Shown: piece after piece, positions 38,688 through 47,973 of the stretch
Layout: every line of letters starts with the position of its first letter
Position numbering within the stretch: position 1 is the first letter of the stretch
From: Candidatus Izemoplasmatales bacterium
Lineage (GTDB): Bacteria > Bacillota_I > Bacilli_A > Izemoplasmatales > Hujiaoplasmataceae
NCBI GenBank assembly: GCA_050177605.1
Contig: JBFXGX010000007.1
Span: 1 to 64,000 of the forward strand
Direction of reading: 5' to 3'
DNA: 64,000 nucleotides
The notes under the pieces: generated by a model
What the model was told of the DNA's origin: nothing
Databases searched by the model: none
What the model saw: only the letters and a program-made list of their open reading frames with translations
Program-made: the position numbers and the translations under genes

Positions 38688-39655
38688 AACCTCGTCCCCT
38701 TCTTCTTCATTTCACGATGAATAAATCCTAAGATTTGATCATAGATAATTGGGCGAGAAATGACATAGTCAATGCGAAGTTCATTCGCTCGACGAATAAT
38801 ATCTACAGTTTTCTGATAGGATAATAAGATGAACAGTGTATTCATCGTAAATGAATTATCGTTTAACTTGGATTTGAAAGTATATCCATCCATCTTTGGC
38901 ATTGTTTTTTCACAAATGATGGCATCTACTGTTTCTTGATAGGCTATATCTAGTGCCATATAGGGGTCGCCTGCAACGAGAACTTCCATTCCTGATTCCG
39001 TAAAAAATGTTTGAAACAATTTAACCGCTAAAGGATCTGGCGATACAATTAACACACGGCCAAATGTTTGTGCTTTCTTTACTAAATCAGTATCTAGATA
39101 AGCATTAGGACCCATGGTTGGTACGATATTAATCCGTTTATTCCCACGAGAGATAATCGTATTAACTAATTCATCTGCCGGTAATTCCTTATCAACTTCA
39201 AAAGATGAAATTTCGGCGATACTGACACTTATTTGTTCAACGAAAGCTTTGGAGCGTTTGATTTCTACTTGTAGATTGTGTGCATAGGCTGAAATCGAAA
39301 ATCCTTCTTCATAAGGAATATATAGAATAAACCCAGGACCGTTACGCTTAATTAAGATATTATCTTCTCTTTTTGATTGATTCAGCAAATAACCAAGGTT
39401 ACGAATTGTTTCGTCTCCAATTTCAGTCGAATACTGTGCATTTATCTCAGAAAAATTATCAATTGAGAAATAAAGCAAAAAGAAACCATCTTTTCTCTGT
39501 GGTGTACTCGCATAGGATAAAAAATCGGCAGTCATAAGTTCCTTTAAGAACATCTCATTATAATAACCGGTATTTTGATCAATAATATAAAGATCAAATT
39601 TTTCCTTAATCAGTGATTTTACATATTCAATCTTTTGAGTCATGTTTTGTACCAT
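38684..39655 (-). CDS. Degenerate GGDEF domain plus atypical receiver domain
   Basis: DQNTGYYN, IDNFSEINAQY...GDE and RNGPGF (in place of GGDEF); C-terminal REC fold (VLIV, MPKMDG, DYV..P). ATGA overlap with the GT2 gene. Confidence 0.8.
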   Translation of the reverse strand: MVQNMTQKIEYVKSLIKEKFDLYIIDQNTGYYNEMFLKELMTADFLSYASTPQRKDGFFLLYFSIDNFSEINAQYSTEIGDETIRNLGYLLNQSKREDNILIKRNGPGFILYIPYEEGFSISAYAHNLQVEIKRSKAFVEQISVSIAEISSFEVDKELPADELVNTIISRGNKRINIVPTMGPNAYLDTDLVKKAQTFGRVLIVSPDPLAVKLFQTFFTESGMEVLVAGDPYMALDIAYQETVDAIICEKTMPKMDGYTFKSKLNDNSFTMNTLFILLSYQKTVDIIRRANELRIDYVISRPIIYDQILGFIHREMKKKGTRL

Positions 39656-39734
39656 CGTTAACCCCCATAAAAAAACAGTTTCTTTGTTTGACAAATAGGT
39701 TTTTATTCGCTATACTTCTACTTGGGTGATGCAT

Positions 39735-40172
39735 ATGAAAAAGTTACTTTTATTCTTCTTTATCTTCCAGATTATTTTTCTTGTTTCTTGTCAAAAACAG
39801 CCAACAATTGTGATTGAAACTGATTCAACACTGATGGAAACAATCCCTATCACTGTTTCTGAGTTACAAACAATGCTTGATAGTCAAGAAGACTTTGTTC
39901 TTTATATCTTCTCACCTACTTGCTCCTCTTGTCAAGACTTTGAACCAATATTGACAGGTTTTATTGAAGAATCTCATCTTCCGGTATATCAAATTACTGC
40001 GGACAGTGAATTTTCACAAGATAATGAGCTAATTCCTTATGAGTTTACACCAACGATTGTAATTATTCAAAGCGGTGAGTTATTATCAAGTATTAATCCT
40101 TTGACAGATGATTCTGCTTTTACATCGATTGATAGTTTTATGAGTTATATAAAAGAATATATCTATTATTGA
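39735..40172 (+). CDS. Thioredoxin-fold lipoprotein
   Basis: Lipobox LVSC; CSSC motif; FTPT cis-Pro loop. Confidence 0.75.
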   Translation: MKKLLLFFFIFQIIFLVSCQKQPTIVIETDSTLMETIPITVSELQTMLDSQEDFVLYIFSPTCSSCQDFEPILTGFIEESHLPVYQITADSEFSQDNELIPYEFTPTIVIIQSGELLSSINPLTDDSAFTSIDSFMSYIKEYIYY

Positions 40173-40194
40173 AAAAAAGGTCACTGAGTGACCT

Positions 40195-40674
40195 TTATTT
40201 TTTTAGTTTTTCTTCGATTTTACTGACGATTTGTTTTGGCACGAATGGTTTAACATCTCCACCAAATAAAGCTAATTCACGAACAGAACTTGAAGAAAGG
40301 AACGAATACTCCCCTTCGGTCATTAAAAATACCGTATCAATTTGATGATCAATTTTACGATTAAAATTGGTTAATTGAAATTCGTAATCATAATCAGTGA
40401 CAGCTCGTAAACCTCTTAAGATATGAGTCGCTCCTAGTAGCTTACAATGAGCAACAGTTAAAATGTTACTTTCAACGACTTCTACATTTGGCATATCCTT
40501 TAATACTTCTCGAACCATTTCGCAACGTTCTTTTGTCGTGAACATGGTTTTTTTATTTGGATTGACCGATACGGCTACATAAAGCTTATCAAATAATAAA
40601 GCTCCTCTTGTAATAATATCTAAGTGTCCATTGGTGATTGGATCAAAACTTCCTGGATAATATCCTATTTTCAT
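40195..40674 (-). CDS. coaD: Phosphopantetheine adenylyltransferase
   Basis: YPGSFDPITNGH, RGLR and SSSSVRE motifs. Confidence 0.97.
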   Translation of the reverse strand: MKIGYYPGSFDPITNGHLDIITRGALLFDKLYVAVSVNPNKKTMFTTKERCEMVREVLKDMPNVEVVESNILTVAHCKLLGATHILRGLRAVTDYDYEFQLTNFNRKIDHQIDTVFLMTEGEYSFLSSSSVRELALFGGDVKPFVPKQIVSKIEEKLKK

Positions 40675-41234
40675 GATAAGTCCCCTTTCGTAAAAATATG
40701 AAATTTTGTATTGCCACTCGTTTTTTCTTTGATTTTAACTAAACTAGACATCCTTACATCAATCATTTTTGTTTTATCTGATTCAAATACAACGACGCCA
40801 TGTTTTGCTAGAAAGCCATTTTTTTCGATTAAAGTTAATAGTCTTTCATAAGAAGTATCGTGATAAGGTGGGTCGACGAGGATTAGATCATATTCTACGG
40901 AGGAACGCCGCTCTAAAAACGTGAATACATCTCTTTTCAAGATAACGAAATCCTCGATAAAAGCATCATGTAACTTACTCTTGTTTTTCTCAATCGTATC
41001 AATTGCAAGTTGGAAATCATCGACAAAAGTCACTTGTTCCATTCCACGCGAATACGCTTCAAAACCAAGCGAACCACTTCCAGCAAATAAGTCGAGAGCT
41101 TTTCCACCCTCGAAAAACTGGCCGAGCATATTAAATAAAGATTCTTTGTTTTTGTCTGTTGTAGGTCTCGTACGAATGTTTTTAACTTCATCAAGTCGGA
41201 TACCTCTGTACTGACCAGCTACGATTCTTAACAC
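40671..41234 (-). CDS. rsmD: 16S rRNA m2G966 methyltransferase RsmD
   Basis: RPTTD..KESLFN, LDLFAGSGSLG.EA.SRG and DPPY motifs; adjacent to coaD. Confidence 0.95.
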   Translation of the reverse strand: MLRIVAGQYRGIRLDEVKNIRTRPTTDKNKESLFNMLGQFFEGGKALDLFAGSGSLGFEAYSRGMEQVTFVDDFQLAIDTIEKNKSKLHDAFIEDFVILKRDVFTFLERRSSVEYDLILVDPPYHDTSYERLLTLIEKNGFLAKHGVVVFESDKTKMIDVRMSSLVKIKEKTSGNTKFHIFTKGDLS

Positions 41235-41310
41235 AATATCACCATCATTATTTTATCATATTTATTATTCTTCATCAATCCAGAAGTCAAAAAAAAGCCA
41301 TAAATGGCCT

Positions 41311-42369
41311 TTAATTATATGTAATTTCTTCGATTGTTTTTTGATCTAGACGTTTCACAAGCGCTGTAACTAGTTTCACAGCATTTTGATAATCATCTTC
41401 ATGAATAATCGATGTGTGAGAATGAAGATATCGACAAGGCAAGCATACAGCAATACTAGGACAACCTGCATTGTTCATATGAATCTTACCAGCATCTGTT
41501 CCACCGGCTTTTAAATACGATAACTGATAAGGAATTCCAAGTTCTTCAGCGAGTTTTTCGGTATATTTTCTTAATGGAACGTGTCCAACCATCGAACTAT
41601 CATAAATCATTAAACATGGACCTTCACCGAGTTTTGTTTCAAAAGTACCTCCAGGATAATCATGAGCAATGGTCACATCAAGGGCGATACCAATGTCTGG
41701 CGTCACTTTATATGCGCTAGTACCAGCACCGCGAAGTCCAACTTCTTCTTGAACTGTTCCTACACCATAATAAACATTTGGATGTGATTCTTTTTGAAGG
41801 TTCTCTAAAACCTCAATCGCTAAAGCGATACCAATACGATTATCAAAAGCTTTCGATAAAAGGAATTTTGGGTTGTTCAGTGGCGTATATTCGATATAAG
41901 GCGTGATCATATCGCCAACTTTGATTCCTAAAGCTAGCGCTTCTTCTTTACTAGATACACCAAGATCTAAATACATATCTTTTAAATCAACTACTTTTTT
42001 TCTTTCTTCAGCTTCTAAAATGTGAGGTGGTTTTGAACCAGCGACACATCGAATTTCTTTTCCTGAATCGGTGGTGATTACGAACTGTTGGCTTAAAACA
42101 ACATGTCCCCACCAACCACCAGCAGGAATGAATTTCACATATCCTTCTTTGGTAACTTCTGTGAGGATAAAACCAATTTCATCCATATGCCCCGCAACCA
42201 TAATTCTAGGTCCATTTGCTAGGCCTTCTTTTTTTACGATAATTGAACCAAGATTGTCAAAACTCACTTCTCCTAGTTTTGAAACCTTTTCTTCCATATA
42301 CTTTCTTACTTGTTTTTCGTTGGCTGGAATACCATTTAACATTGTTAATTCTTTGAGTAATTTTGACAT
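41311..42369 (-). CDS. M42 family aminopeptidase
   Basis: HMDEIG, KAFDNR, VQEEVGLRGA, GGTDAG and RYLHS motifs. Confidence 0.93.
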   Translation of the reverse strand: MSKLLKELTMLNGIPANEKQVRKYMEEKVSKLGEVSFDNLGSIIVKKEGLANGPRIMVAGHMDEIGFILTEVTKEGYVKFIPAGGWWGHVVLSQQFVITTDSGKEIRCVAGSKPPHILEAEERKKVVDLKDMYLDLGVSSKEEALALGIKVGDMITPYIEYTPLNNPKFLLSKAFDNRIGIALAIEVLENLQKESHPNVYYGVGTVQEEVGLRGAGTSAYKVTPDIGIALDVTIAHDYPGGTFETKLGEGPCLMIYDSSMVGHVPLRKYTEKLAEELGIPYQLSYLKAGGTDAGKIHMNNAGCPSIAVCLPCRYLHSHTSIIHEDDYQNAVKLVTALVKRLDQKTIEEITYN

Positions 42370-42389
42370 TTGACTTTTCTCCTTAAAAA

Positions 42390-42568
42390 AATGCACTTAA
42401 ACACTTGGAAATCACTCGAGCAGACTTGCATCTACCCTCGTAAGTGGGTGTCTCTTGTTTTTCCATTAGGATTCCTGCTCAAGGTAGGCTTTCAACACCG
42501 GAAAAACCTTAACTCCCGTTTCAATCTTGTGCGTCGCGGAGAGTGATTTCCAACTATTTAAGTACACC
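42390..42568 (-). ncRNA. ssrS: 6S RNA-like structured RNA
   Basis: About 180 nt with a long terminal stem (TACTTAAA..TTGGAAATCACTC / GAGTGATTTCCAA..TTTAAGTG) and internal GGGAG...CACCCAC motifs. Consensus promoter TTGACA (42595-42600)-17-TATAAT (42572-42577). No ORF. Confidence 0.75.
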
Positions 42569-42656
42569 CTCATTATAGATAATCAAAATTGGTTTGTCAA
42601 GAGAACCACAAAAAAAAGACATCCTTTATAAAGGATGCCTCTTAAATAATTAATGA

Positions 42657-45278
42657 TTATCTAGGGTTTTTAATGTTTGCGTGAGCAGCTGCTAAACGAG
42701 CAATTGGAACTCTAAATGGTGAACATGAAACATAAGTTAATCCAATAGCATGACAGAATTCAACTGAATCTGGGTCTCCACCGTGTTCTCCACAAATACC
42801 AAGTTTGATATCTGGGCGAACTTTTCTTCCTTCTTCAACAGCCATTTTCATCAATTTACCAACACCTTTTGTGTCGACATGTGCAAATGGATCACTTTCG
42901 AAGATTTTCTTTGCATAGTAATCTGTTAAGAATTTACCAGCATCATCACGGCTAAATCCGAATGTCATTTGTGTTAAGTCATTTGTTCCAAAACTGAAGA
43001 ATTCAGCTTCTTTTGCAATTTCATCAGCTAATAAAGCAGCACGTGGGATTTCAATCATTGTACCAACATGGTATTTTAATTCAACACCTTGTTCTTTAAT
43101 GATAGAATCAGCTGTTTCAACAACGATGTCTTTAATCATTTTTAATTCTTTAACTTCACCTACAAGTGGAATCATGATTTCAGGAACGACATTTCCGCCC
43201 TTCTTGTTTACATGGATTGCAGCTTCGATGACAGCTCTTGTTTGCATAACAGCGATTTCTGGGTATGTAATAGATAAACGTACTCCACGGTGACCTAACA
43301 TAGGGTTCGTTTCATGTAAACTATTAACAGTTCCGTTTAATTCATCAAAAGTAATACCCATTTCTTTTGCTAATGCTTCGATATCATCTTTTTCAGTAGG
43401 TAAGAATTCATGTAGAGGTGGATCTAAGTAACGAATTGTTACTGGGAATCCATTCATAGCTTCGTAAAGACCAATAAAGTCTTCTCTTTGCATAGGTAAT
43501 AATTTATTTAAAGCATGTTGACGTTCTTCTAATGTTTTAGAAACAATCATTTCTCTCATTGCTGGGATACGATCTGCTTCGAAGAACATATGTTCAGTAC
43601 GGCATAGACCAATACCTTCAGCACCAAATGAATATGCAACTTTAGCATCTCTTGGGTTATCAGCATTTGTTCTAACTTTTAATGAACGATATTTGTCAGC
43701 CCACTCCATTAATGTAGCGAAATCGCCAGAAACGGTAGCATCAACTGTTTTTACTTCTTCTCCGTATACTTTACCAGTGGATCCATCTAAAGAGATATAA
43801 TCCCCTTCAAAGAATTTTTTGCCATCAACTGTGAAGAATTTAGCTTCTTCATTTACTTTGACTGCACCAACACCGGCTACGCAACATGTACCCATTCCTC
43901 TAGCAACAACGGCAGCATGACTTGTCATACCTCCACGGCTAGTTAATACACCTTTCGCAACAACCATTCCTTCGATATCTTCAGGACTAGTTTCTTGACG
44001 TACTAAGATAACTGGTTTTCCGTCTTTCACTAATTCTTGTGCTCTTTCAGCAGTAAATACAACTCTACCAGTAGCCGCACCAGGAGATGCATTTAATCCA
44101 GTAGCGATGATATGAGCATTTTTAAGTGATTCTGCGTCGAATTGTGGATGTAGTAATTGGTCTAATTGTTTAGGTTCAACTTTTAATAAAGCTTGTTGTT
44201 CTGTTAATTTGCCTTCTTTTACTAAATCGATAGCAATTTTTAAAGCTGCTTGTGCAGTTCTTTTACCATTTCTGGTTTGTAACATGTATAATTTACCTTT
44301 TTCAATTGTAAATTCCATATCTTGCATATCTTTGTAGTGTTCTTCAAGTTTATTCGCGATGTCAACAAATTGATCATATAAAGCTTTGTTATCTGCTTCT
44401 AATTCAGAAATTGGTTTTGGTGTACGAATACCAGCAACAACGTCTTCACCTTGTGCATTAAATAAGTATTCTCCATATAAAACTTTTTCTCCTGTAGAAG
44501 GGTCTCTTGTGAAAGCAACACCAGTACCGGAATCATCACCCATGTTACCAAATACCATGGATTGTACGTTAACAGCAGTTCCCCATTCGTAAGGAATGTT
44601 GTTTAAACGACGGTATGTATTCGCTCTTGGGTTGTCCCATGATCTGAATACGGCCTTGATTGCTTCAATTAATTGTGTTTTTGGATCTTGAGGGAAAGGT
44701 TCCCCTTTGATTTCTTGGTATTTTACTTTATAACCAGCTACGACAGCTTTTAAATCATCAGCGTCTAAGTCTGTGTCAAGTTCAACACCTTTTTCTTCTT
44801 TTCTTGCTTCAAGAATTGCTTCGAAATTGCTTTTTTCTACTTCCATAACAACATCCGCAAACATTTGGATGAAACGACGGTAAGAATCATAAGCAAAACG
44901 AGGGTTGCCTGTTAATGTTGCAAGTCCTTCAACAGCAACATCATTTAATCCTAAATTAAGGATTGTATCCATCATACCAGGCATGGATACTCTAGCACCA
45001 GAACGAACTGATACTAAAAATGGGTTTTGAACGTCTCCGAATTTTTTTCCAGCAATAACTTCTGTGTCATTTAATGCTTTATAAATTTGTTCGAGAATCT
45101 CATCATTGATCTTTCTTCCGTCTTTGTAGTACTGTGTACAAGCTTCTGTAGAAACAGTAAAACCTTGAGGAACAGGCATTCCAAGATTCGTCATTTCGGA
45201 AAGGTTTGCACCTTTACCACCAAGAAGGTTTTTCATTGTTGCATTTCCTTCTTTGAATAAATAAACGTATTTAGCCAT
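42657..45278 (-). CDS. ppdK: Pyruvate, phosphate dikinase
   Basis: LLGGKGANL, SVRSGA..SMPGMMDT, GGMTSHAAVVARG, GIGLCRTEHMF, FSFGTNDLTQ and GICGEHGG motifs. Confidence 0.98.
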   Translation of the reverse strand: MAKYVYLFKEGNATMKNLLGGKGANLSEMTNLGMPVPQGFTVSTEACTQYYKDGRKINDEILEQIYKALNDTEVIAGKKFGDVQNPFLVSVRSGARVSMPGMMDTILNLGLNDVAVEGLATLTGNPRFAYDSYRRFIQMFADVVMEVEKSNFEAILEARKEEKGVELDTDLDADDLKAVVAGYKVKYQEIKGEPFPQDPKTQLIEAIKAVFRSWDNPRANTYRRLNNIPYEWGTAVNVQSMVFGNMGDDSGTGVAFTRDPSTGEKVLYGEYLFNAQGEDVVAGIRTPKPISELEADNKALYDQFVDIANKLEEHYKDMQDMEFTIEKGKLYMLQTRNGKRTAQAALKIAIDLVKEGKLTEQQALLKVEPKQLDQLLHPQFDAESLKNAHIIATGLNASPGAATGRVVFTAERAQELVKDGKPVILVRQETSPEDIEGMVVAKGVLTSRGGMTSHAAVVARGMGTCCVAGVGAVKVNEEAKFFTVDGKKFFEGDYISLDGSTGKVYGEEVKTVDATVSGDFATLMEWADKYRSLKVRTNADNPRDAKVAYSFGAEGIGLCRTEHMFFEADRIPAMREMIVSKTLEERQHALNKLLPMQREDFIGLYEAMNGFPVTIRYLDPPLHEFLPTEKDDIEALAKEMGITFDELNGTVNSLHETNPMLGHRGVRLSITYPEIAVMQTRAVIEAAIHVNKKGGNVVPEIMIPLVGEVKELKMIKDIVVETADSIIKEQGVELKYHVGTMIEIPRAALLADEIAKEAEFFSFGTNDLTQMTFGFSRDDAGKFLTDYYAKKIFESDPFAHVDTKGVGKLMKMAVEEGRKVRPDIKLGICGEHGGDPDSVEFCHAIGLTYVSCSPFRVPIARLAAAHANIKNPR

Positions 45279-45385
45279 ATTTATTTCCTTTCTTATACTT
45301 TATTTAGCCTAACACTGAAATTATATCAAATTAAACGAAAAAATTCAAATAAAAAGAGATGTGTTTTGCGAAGTTTTTAGCGAGA

Positions 45386-46987
45386 TTACGCTTTCATTTT
45401 ATAAAGCATAGGCTGAGCGATTTTCTTCAGCACACGAATCACAATATAAAAGAGTATAAAGTTTAAAACGACTAGAACTAATAAAATCCATTCTGGGGTG
45501 ATTACTTTGTCTAACAAGTAAATGATTCCTGCATAAAGTGCGATAAATGACATATTCCCAAGTAAAGCGATGATTGCGGCAGCACTTTGTTTCACAACTT
45601 CTAAATCATTTCTGAAATCAAATTTAGGGAAGTAAAGGTTGATTAAGGAACCAATGCCAGAACTGAAGAATGAAAAACCAATCAAAAATGCAATCATCAG
45701 TACTACCCAAAGGAAGTTAATTTGAAAGCTAAAGGATAAACATATCATACTGATGAGTGTTGCAGATAAACCGATCATAATATTAAAAATCATTTTTGAT
45801 TTCATCAAGTCGTAGGCTTTAATAGGTAAACTTTTCGCGATCCATAAGTTTTTTCCTTCAAGTGATAAACTGACAGCTGATGTGTAAATCATCGATAAAA
45901 TGAATGATAACATCGCAAGAAGAATAAACTCAATTGGGAATCCAATCACCGCAAATTGGTTAACATATGTTTCAATTTGACTCGTAAAGAACAAACTACC
46001 GATCCCAAGAATTAAAGCCATAATTGCCCCAACACCAGTGTTCATTGCGTAGCCCTGAGAGTTAATATATCTTTTAAATTCTTTTGAAATTAATGTTTTT
46101 TGAACACTTCTTTCAGTGTTTTTTACTGGTTTCGAGGATTTCAGTGTTACAATACTCAAACTTTTTTGATTTGTTTTATGGATGAATCCTTGAATAAGAT
46201 ATAGATAGAGGATAAATGGAATGACATTAATCAAAACATATCCTAACAAACTAAGTATATTTCCATCTTGAACGGCTTCGATATACCAAACAACTGGTGG
46301 ATATACATCTTTTAATGAAGTTAAGAATGCTTGTTGACCAAGAAATGGATTCGTTGTACTAGAATTCATACTGAAAGATAAATACATAACAAACAAGAAT
46401 ACAAGAATCATTAAAATCGTTGAGATTACTTTTGCATTTCTTAACCTTACAGTAATTCTCGCAATACCTAAACTAACAAACGAAAATAACATCGTTGGCA
46501 ATAATGGCGTCGCCAAGAAGATAAACACAAAGGAGATCACACCAATTAAATTAAAATTAGCATAATAGAAATATGCAGCAAATATTGGACTAGTAAAGAG
46601 TAAATTTGAAACATACATAATCACCATCATTACGGTTAATTTCGCTGCCATGACGGTTTTTGATGGAATTGGCAAGGGTGCTAATATTTCGTAATCTTTA
46701 TATTGAAAAATGTATCCGCTTGAACGAAATAAAGCAAACATTAATATTAATATAATTTGGTAAAAAAAGGCATAAACCAGCAATAAATAAGTTAAATCCA
46801 TGGTTTTAAATATTGACCCTAGATTAAAAAAGAGAAACCCAAATGCACCTAGAAAGGCGACAAGAGCATAGGTTAATGCAACAAACAATAGTATTGCTTT
46901 TGACTTGGATTTTTGATCTCCAAGTTGAAGAATCCGTCGGAAGTTAAAATTTTCTTTAAATAGGACTTTGACTAATGTTTTATACAT
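45386..46987 (-). CDS. ABC-2 type transporter permease
   Basis: About 12 TM segments; D..IL.PLPI, SLEGK, SLPI and EVVKQS motifs; overlaps the ATPase gene. Confidence 0.8.
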   Translation of the reverse strand: MYKTLVKVLFKENFNFRRILQLGDQKSKSKAILLFVALTYALVAFLGAFGFLFFNLGSIFKTMDLTYLLLVYAFFYQIILILMFALFRSSGYIFQYKDYEILAPLPIPSKTVMAAKLTVMMVIMYVSNLLFTSPIFAAYFYYANFNLIGVISFVFIFLATPLLPTMLFSFVSLGIARITVRLRNAKVISTILMILVFLFVMYLSFSMNSSTTNPFLGQQAFLTSLKDVYPPVVWYIEAVQDGNILSLLGYVLINVIPFILYLYLIQGFIHKTNQKSLSIVTLKSSKPVKNTERSVQKTLISKEFKRYINSQGYAMNTGVGAIMALILGIGSLFFTSQIETYVNQFAVIGFPIEFILLAMLSFILSMIYTSAVSLSLEGKNLWIAKSLPIKAYDLMKSKMIFNIMIGLSATLISMICLSFSFQINFLWVVLMIAFLIGFSFFSSGIGSLINLYFPKFDFRNDLEVVKQSAAAIIALLGNMSFIALYAGIIYLLDKVITPEWILLVLVVLNFILFYIVIRVLKKIAQPMLYKMKA

Positions 46988-47699
46988 TTTTTTCAGCCAT
47001 TAATTCTAAAAAGAGTTGTTCTAAAGATTCATTTTGAATGACGGATTTTGTTTCACCTGATGCTACAATTTCGCCTTGTTTGATAATAGCGACTTTATTG
47101 CATAATTTTTCAGCGACTTCAAGAACATGAGTAGAAAAGAAAATAGCTGTTCCTCTAGAACACATATCTTTGAATACTTCTTTCAGTAAATAACTTGCTT
47201 TTGGATCCAAGCCAACAAATGGCTCATCGAGTAACATTAACTTAGGTTCGTGAATCAAGGCACTGATAATCACGATTTTTTGCTTCATTCCGTGAGAGTA
47301 GGATGAAATAGGATTATTTAGAACATCCGCTATTTCAAACATTGTTGCATATTTTTCGATTATTTCTTTACGTTTGTTTAAGTTGATATGAAATACATCC
47401 GCTATAAAATCTAAATATTGTATTCCAGTCAATGTATCGTATACATCAGGATTATCTGGGATATAGGATAATACTTTTTTGACTTCAAGTGGATTCTTTA
47501 CCACTGAGTATTCACCTACTTTGATTTCGCCTTCATCGAAATCAATAATTCCTGCAATCGATTTTAACAAAGTAGTTTTACCTGCGCCGTTGTGCCCAAT
47601 AAATCCGTAGATATCTCCTGGCATAATCTCTAGTGAAACATGATTAAGTGCTTTTTTGACACCATCATATGATTTTGAAACATTTTTAATATATAGCAT
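46980..47699 (-). CDS. ABC transporter ATP-binding protein
   Basis: GHNGAGKTT, YSHGMKQK, LLDEP and STH motifs. Confidence 0.93.
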   Translation of the reverse strand: MLYIKNVSKSYDGVKKALNHVSLEIMPGDIYGFIGHNGAGKTTLLKSIAGIIDFDEGEIKVGEYSVVKNPLEVKKVLSYIPDNPDVYDTLTGIQYLDFIADVFHINLNKRKEIIEKYATMFEIADVLNNPISSYSHGMKQKIVIISALIHEPKLMLLDEPFVGLDPKASYLLKEVFKDMCSRGTAIFFSTHVLEVAEKLCNKVAIIKQGEIVASGETKSVIQNESLEQLFLELMAEKNV

Positions 47700-47861
47700 A
47701 ATATCGCCTCCAAAAATAATTGTACACCCGAATTGTAATATTGTCAATAATTGAAAATAATATAAAATAATCATATATATATTAAACTATATGTTGAACC
47801 TATATAAAATAGATTTTGCTTGCATTTTTCATCGATATTGATTATAATAATTTAAGCAATC

Positions 47862-47935
47862 GCTCCTATAGTTTAATGGTAAAACGCAGCAATGGTAATG
47901 CTGAAATTCAAGTTCGATTCTTGGTAGGAGCACCA
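47862..47935 (+). tRNA. tRNA-Thr(GGT)
   Basis: Acceptor stem GCTCCTA/TAGGAGC-A-CCA; anticodon arm CAGCA-AT-GGT-AA-TGCTG; GTTCGATTC. Confidence 0.93.
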
Positions 47936-47946
47936 TCATTCAAACA

Positions 47947-47973
47947 AAAAAGCACTCGAAAGTGCTTTTTTTT
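47947..47973. terminator. Bidirectional terminator between tRNA-Thr and glgC
   Basis: AAAAAGCACT-CGAA-AGTGCTTTTTTT. Confidence 0.8.

Noticed and set aside
47862..47935. A32 in the tRNA-Thr(GGT) anticodon loop as an anomaly, or the tRNA as an integration site
   Set aside because: A32 occurs in Firmicutes Thr(GGT) tRNAs. No duplicated 3' end or integrase is visible.
47951..47966. AGCACTC...AGTGCT as a second CIRCE
   Set aside because: The spacer is far shorter than 9 nt and the site is flanked by A and T runs; it is a terminator hairpin.
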